NCBI GenBank assembly: GCA_964486815.1
Contig: CAZAOO010000004.1
Span: 75,371 to 139,370 of the forward strand
DNA length: 64,000 nt
Source: an uncultured Thiotrichales bacterium
Lineage (GTDB): Bacteria; Pseudomonadota; Gammaproteobacteria; UBA4575
Reading direction: 5' to 3'
Every line of letters begins with the position of its first letter. Position 1 is the stretch's first letter. Below the pieces are notes generated by a model. That model was not told the origin of the DNA. It saw only the letters and a program-made list of their open reading frames with translations, and ran no database searches. Below, piece by piece: positions 60,514 to 64,000 of this stretch. Both the position numbers and the translations under genes were made by a program.

Positions 60514-60948
60514 CTATAATTTAACTTCTTCAAAATCATGCACGCGTATTTTTTTGGACAACGGTATCAGGACTTTTTTAACAACACTTTGGCGCACAGG
60601 ATGAACAAGATAACGCTGCAGATAGATTTCATTTTTAAAAACCATATATAAACCTACATCAAAACTATCATCAACTATTTCTCTATCGCTAGATATTGAT
60701 TTCCCTACTCGCATTTCTTGCAAGCCGGGAATCTCTCTTAATTGATTCGATCCATCAATAACTTGTTGAATATGCTCTTGATTTCCCTGATCTTTTAACC
60801 AGATTAATACAATATGTATGACTGTATTATCTTGTGTTTTCTCAGCTGCTGTTACCACACAAGCCAACAGCGCTATACACAATATAATCATGCTTATATA
60901 TAAGCGCATCATGTATCTAATTTCTTTACCGAGAATATAGGTAGCCAA
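60514..60948 (-). CDS. Secreted Dabb-type (stress-responsive alpha+beta barrel) domain protein
   Basis: N-terminal signal/anchor followed by a VIHIVLIWLKD ferredoxin-like dimeric alpha+beta barrel pattern. Confidence 0.45.
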   Translation of the reverse strand: MATYILGKEIRYMMRLYISMIILCIALLACVVTAAEKTQDNTVIHIVLIWLKDQGNQEHIQQVIDGSNQLREIPGLQEMRVGKSISSDREIVDDSFDVGLYMVFKNEIYLQRYLVHPVRQSVVKKVLIPLSKKIRVHDFEEVKL

Positions 60949-61018
60949 ATGGTAGCAACAACACCTGTCTGATCACTATCATTTTCAATGGTTATATGCC
61001 CTTGATGAAATTCTGCGA

Positions 61019-63111
61019 TCAACGCGCAATGTATAAACCGGTTCCTAGATGGATTTCGTTTTTACAAGGATCTCTTTTATAGTTTTGCTCACGTACGGAC
61101 ACCATCGATTCAAACAACCTTCCCTGCATTTTTTCAGATAATAAGAGCCCTTTGTTAAAGATGGTTAGCTTTGCTTGTTCGATTTCTTTGCTAAGCGTTA
61201 TCTTTATCGGGTCATCGAGGTTATTAAATTCAACTGCATTCGCAACCACTTTATCAATTAGTTGTGCAATATTTTCTGGTACACCTTTTATTTGTAAATC
61301 GATATTACAGATTTCAGTTTCAAATACGTATTCATCATATGCTGCCTGATAACCTTCTGAGCACCCTTGCACTAACTTGGTTAAATTAAATACCTCTTTC
61401 TCACTGGACTGTAACGAATGTTCAAGTCTTATAGCTTCGCTCATATTTGTTAAAATTGAATTCAATCTCTTGATACCTACTTGTGCACGCTGCATATATA
61501 TTTTTGCTTCTTCGCTATGATCCAACATTACTAAATTATCTAAAGAAGACCTCACAACGGTTACAGGTGTACGAAATTCATGTGAAAGTCGCGAGGTCAT
61601 GTTTTCTAAATAGCTATTGTACTGGCCCAATCTACTAACGATGCTAGAAAAGCTCCTTGAAAGATCGCCAATCTCATCATTCACGCTCGAACCTTTAAAT
61701 TAAGCATGAATACGGCCATTCTCATCTATGACATGTTCTGCTTGACTACGTAATTTACGTATACGATAAGATATCCTCGATGCAAAAAGAAATAAGGCTA
61801 AAGTACTTAACAACATCACAGCAAGAATTACGCTAAACAATCTTTCTAAAGCTTTGTTCCTAATCGTGCGTATGCCATTGGTAGTTCCTTCAGCAACCAC
61901 TACTCCATCACCTTCTCACCGACCCATATAGGATGTGCCGCAGATATCACTACTGCTTTCTTGTCTGGTGTGAGATACCAGGATGGCTTTACCTCACCGA
62001 GAATAGCATCATCTATTTGAGATCCGGCTAATTCAGTGGCTTCTTCAAGCTCATCTATAAAGTCTTTTGGTGGACGCGTGAGCAGTTGATAATAAATTGG
62101 GTGTAGATATTTATGCTCCATGCGTTGCAGCCAAGATAAGGATGCTTCTCTATCATCATTGACGTTATCGATTGCCCCTGATGCAGAGCGTATATCACCT
62201 ATTCTCGCTAAAACACGACGATGGGAATCTATTACCCAGATTCTTGAGTTAGATCGTGCCAAACCTTTTAATATTTTCTCAATTTCAGAAGAAGGTACTA
62301 GCACTGTACCAAGTTGATCCGAATGTTGGGTATTGGAGGTACCGACAATGTTCTCTATCTCACGAGTTCGGTTGTTATCAACATCATAAATAGCAAACCC
62401 TAACTTGTTGCCAATCATATCTAGTGGAATACGTAGTTCTACATTATAGCCTCTTGGCGTTTCAAGCCAATTTCCTTGTATTTTATTTACATGCTGAACA
62501 GGGTAAACACTCCCCTCATCAGGTTTTATTAAGTAGGCATTAATCCATCCAGGCTTCTCATTTGAAATAATATAGCGTTGAAATTGATCTTCTTTATCTA
62601 TTAATGCCAAATGAATACTGTCATTATGATGTATATTAAATGTGTTTTCTTTTTTATATACAATATAATCATCAATTACTTCAAACATGACATATAAGTA
62701 ATTCTCATATTTGACTAGCATCTGCTTAAAGCTAAGCGAAGCTGGATTATATTCACTTTTATTTTCTAGCACATAATCATCACCATAATAATATGGTTGA
62801 TAATTAAAATATTTCCACTCTTGCAAGTCTCCATCTAGTTGAATCGGATCAGATATATCTACTGCATATAAGTCTCTTCCTTTCCTTACGTCACTTAGAA
62901 AACTCGCCTGAGAATTAAAAAGATTGGGACGCTCATGTAAAGCAGTTTCTGCAGCACTTACTGTGCCAACCAAGGTTTGTTCTTGACCTTTACGTAAATA
63001 TTTTTCCATTTCCCATACATATTTATAACCCAACCATGGAATAGCAAATAAAAAACTGGACAAGAAAACTAATTTTAGACGCAAGCCTATTCTTGGCTTA
63101 AATAGAGACAT
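61019..63111 (-). pseudogene. Sensor histidine kinase split into three ORFs (periplasmic sensor 61900-63111; TM2/HAMP fragment 61700-61900; HisKA+HATPase 61019-61684) by a frameshift and an in-frame TAA
   Basis: The sensor ORF ends at a TAG overlapping a GTG (taGTG at ~61900), which continues in another frame. The HAMP segment then ends ...ENGRIHA-TAA-FKGSSVNDEIGDLSRSF, with the TAA in frame in the middle of the HAMP motif DEIGxL..F. The downstream ORF carries HisKA (LSHEFRTP) and HATPase_c boxes. Confidence 0.6.
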
Positions 63112-63117
63112 AATATA

Positions 63118-63819
63118 TTACTTAGAAACGCTAGAGTTCCAGCGATAACCCATACCATATACTGTATCTATACAATCAAAATGTGGATCTATTTGAATAA
63201 ATTTTTTGCGTATGCGCTTGGTATGTGAAGTGATCGTACTATCATCTACAACCATCTGAGATTCTTGCATAAGTTGTTGGCGATTTTTCACATGTCCAAT
63301 ATATTTAGCCAATGCGTGCACCATCCAGAACTCTGTTACGGTTAAATCCACATCTTTATCTTGCCATTTTATGATCATGCGTTGTGTACCCATACTTAGA
63401 TCTCCCTGCTTTAATATAGCCTCTCCTGTGGCTGGTTCACCCATAGCATATTGGCGTCGAAATAATGCAGCAATACGAGCCAGCAGATGTGGAAAACTAA
63501 TATCCTTTGTTAAGTAATCATCTGCACCAATTCGCAAGCCACTTACGGTATCTACATCTCTATCACGTGCAGTAAGAAAAATAATAGGCAATGTCTCAGA
63601 CATGGAACGTAATGTTCGACATAAGGTAAAGCCTCCATCCATCTCGTCTTGCAAACCTATATCAATAACCGCCAAATCTGGAAGCCTTTACTCAAATACC
63701 GCCATAGCATCTTTACGATTGGCAAAAGTTTGTACGCTATAGCCTTGTTTACGCAATGCATCTGCATAATTTTCTCTTAAAGCAAACTCATCTTCAATTA
63801 CTGCTACACGACGACTCAT
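63118..63819 (-). pseudogene. OmpR-family response regulator interrupted by an in-frame TAA in the receiver domain
   Basis: From the ATG at 63819 the sequence reads MSRRVAVIEDEFALRENYADALRKQGYSVQTFANRKDAMAVFE-TAA-RLPDLAVIDIGLQDE... The receiver domain is otherwise colinear, and a winged-helix C-terminus (TVYGMGYRW) follows. Confidence 0.6.
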
Positions 63820-64000
63820 AACTCTTTAGCTTATATATATTAGACCGACTAAAACTATGCTGATTAATTACTGCAAAACCAGCTAGTTTGCCAAATTGCC
63901 TTTTTCTTGCCACATTTAAACCGCAAAAGGTCTATTTTCACACCTAAAAGTGTCACAAGTGTTTTGTTAAATACCCTTAACCTAATCGTAGATCTAATGG

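Overview
This window is AT-rich (roughly 37-38% GC by eye) and looks like a gammaproteobacterial chromosome. Positions ~4.2-56 kb are dominated by modules that release ammonium or C1 units from small amides, urea and methylated amines. The order along the window is as follows. (1) Partial ilvC, then ilvH, a TusA-like gene, a BepA-like M48/TPR protease and acs. (2) A CbbQ/CbbO-type MoxR-AAA+/VWA pair lies directly downstream of an aliphatic amidase cluster with the order amiC-amiR-leader terminator-amiE. (3) A divergent UT-family urea channel, a type-II HAD hydrolase and an XRE/cupin regulator. (4) A complete N-methylglutamate pathway for methylamine, mgsABC-gmaS-mgdABCD. (5) A Tat-exported UrtA paralog followed by a hybrid sensor kinase, with a divergent LuxR-type response regulator. 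(6) urtABCDE. (7) A canonical two-subunit N,N-dimethylformamidase (DMFase) gene pair. (8) A Rieske-like protein, a Sel1-repeat protein and an AsmA-like protein. (9) On the minus strand, a second divergent DMFase-like large/small subunit pair inside its own 5-gene Liv/Urt-type ABC importer. The LivM-type permease of that importer carries a C-terminal domain homologous to the DMFase small subunit. The ~8.4-kb operon is bounded by ~250-350-bp direct repeats. (10) Urease in the unusual order ureE-ureF-ureAB(fused)-ureC-ureG-ureD, plus a NicO/UreH-like nickel permease. (11) Miscellaneous small genes (GNAT, SRPBCC lipoprotein, isochorismatase-family hydrolase, Dabb). (12) An OmpR-type two-component pair whose reading frames are broken by two in-frame TAA codons and a frameshift. 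A palindromic motif (GCCATAAGT...ACTTATGGC) and a ~45-bp conserved promoter block recur upstream of urtA, dmfA1 and the ABC-DMFase-like/urease divergent region. This suggests a shared regulon. I saw no CRISPR arrays, rRNA or tRNA genes, or recognisable transposases. All calls rest on reading the translated ORFs and the DNA by eye. No database search was run.
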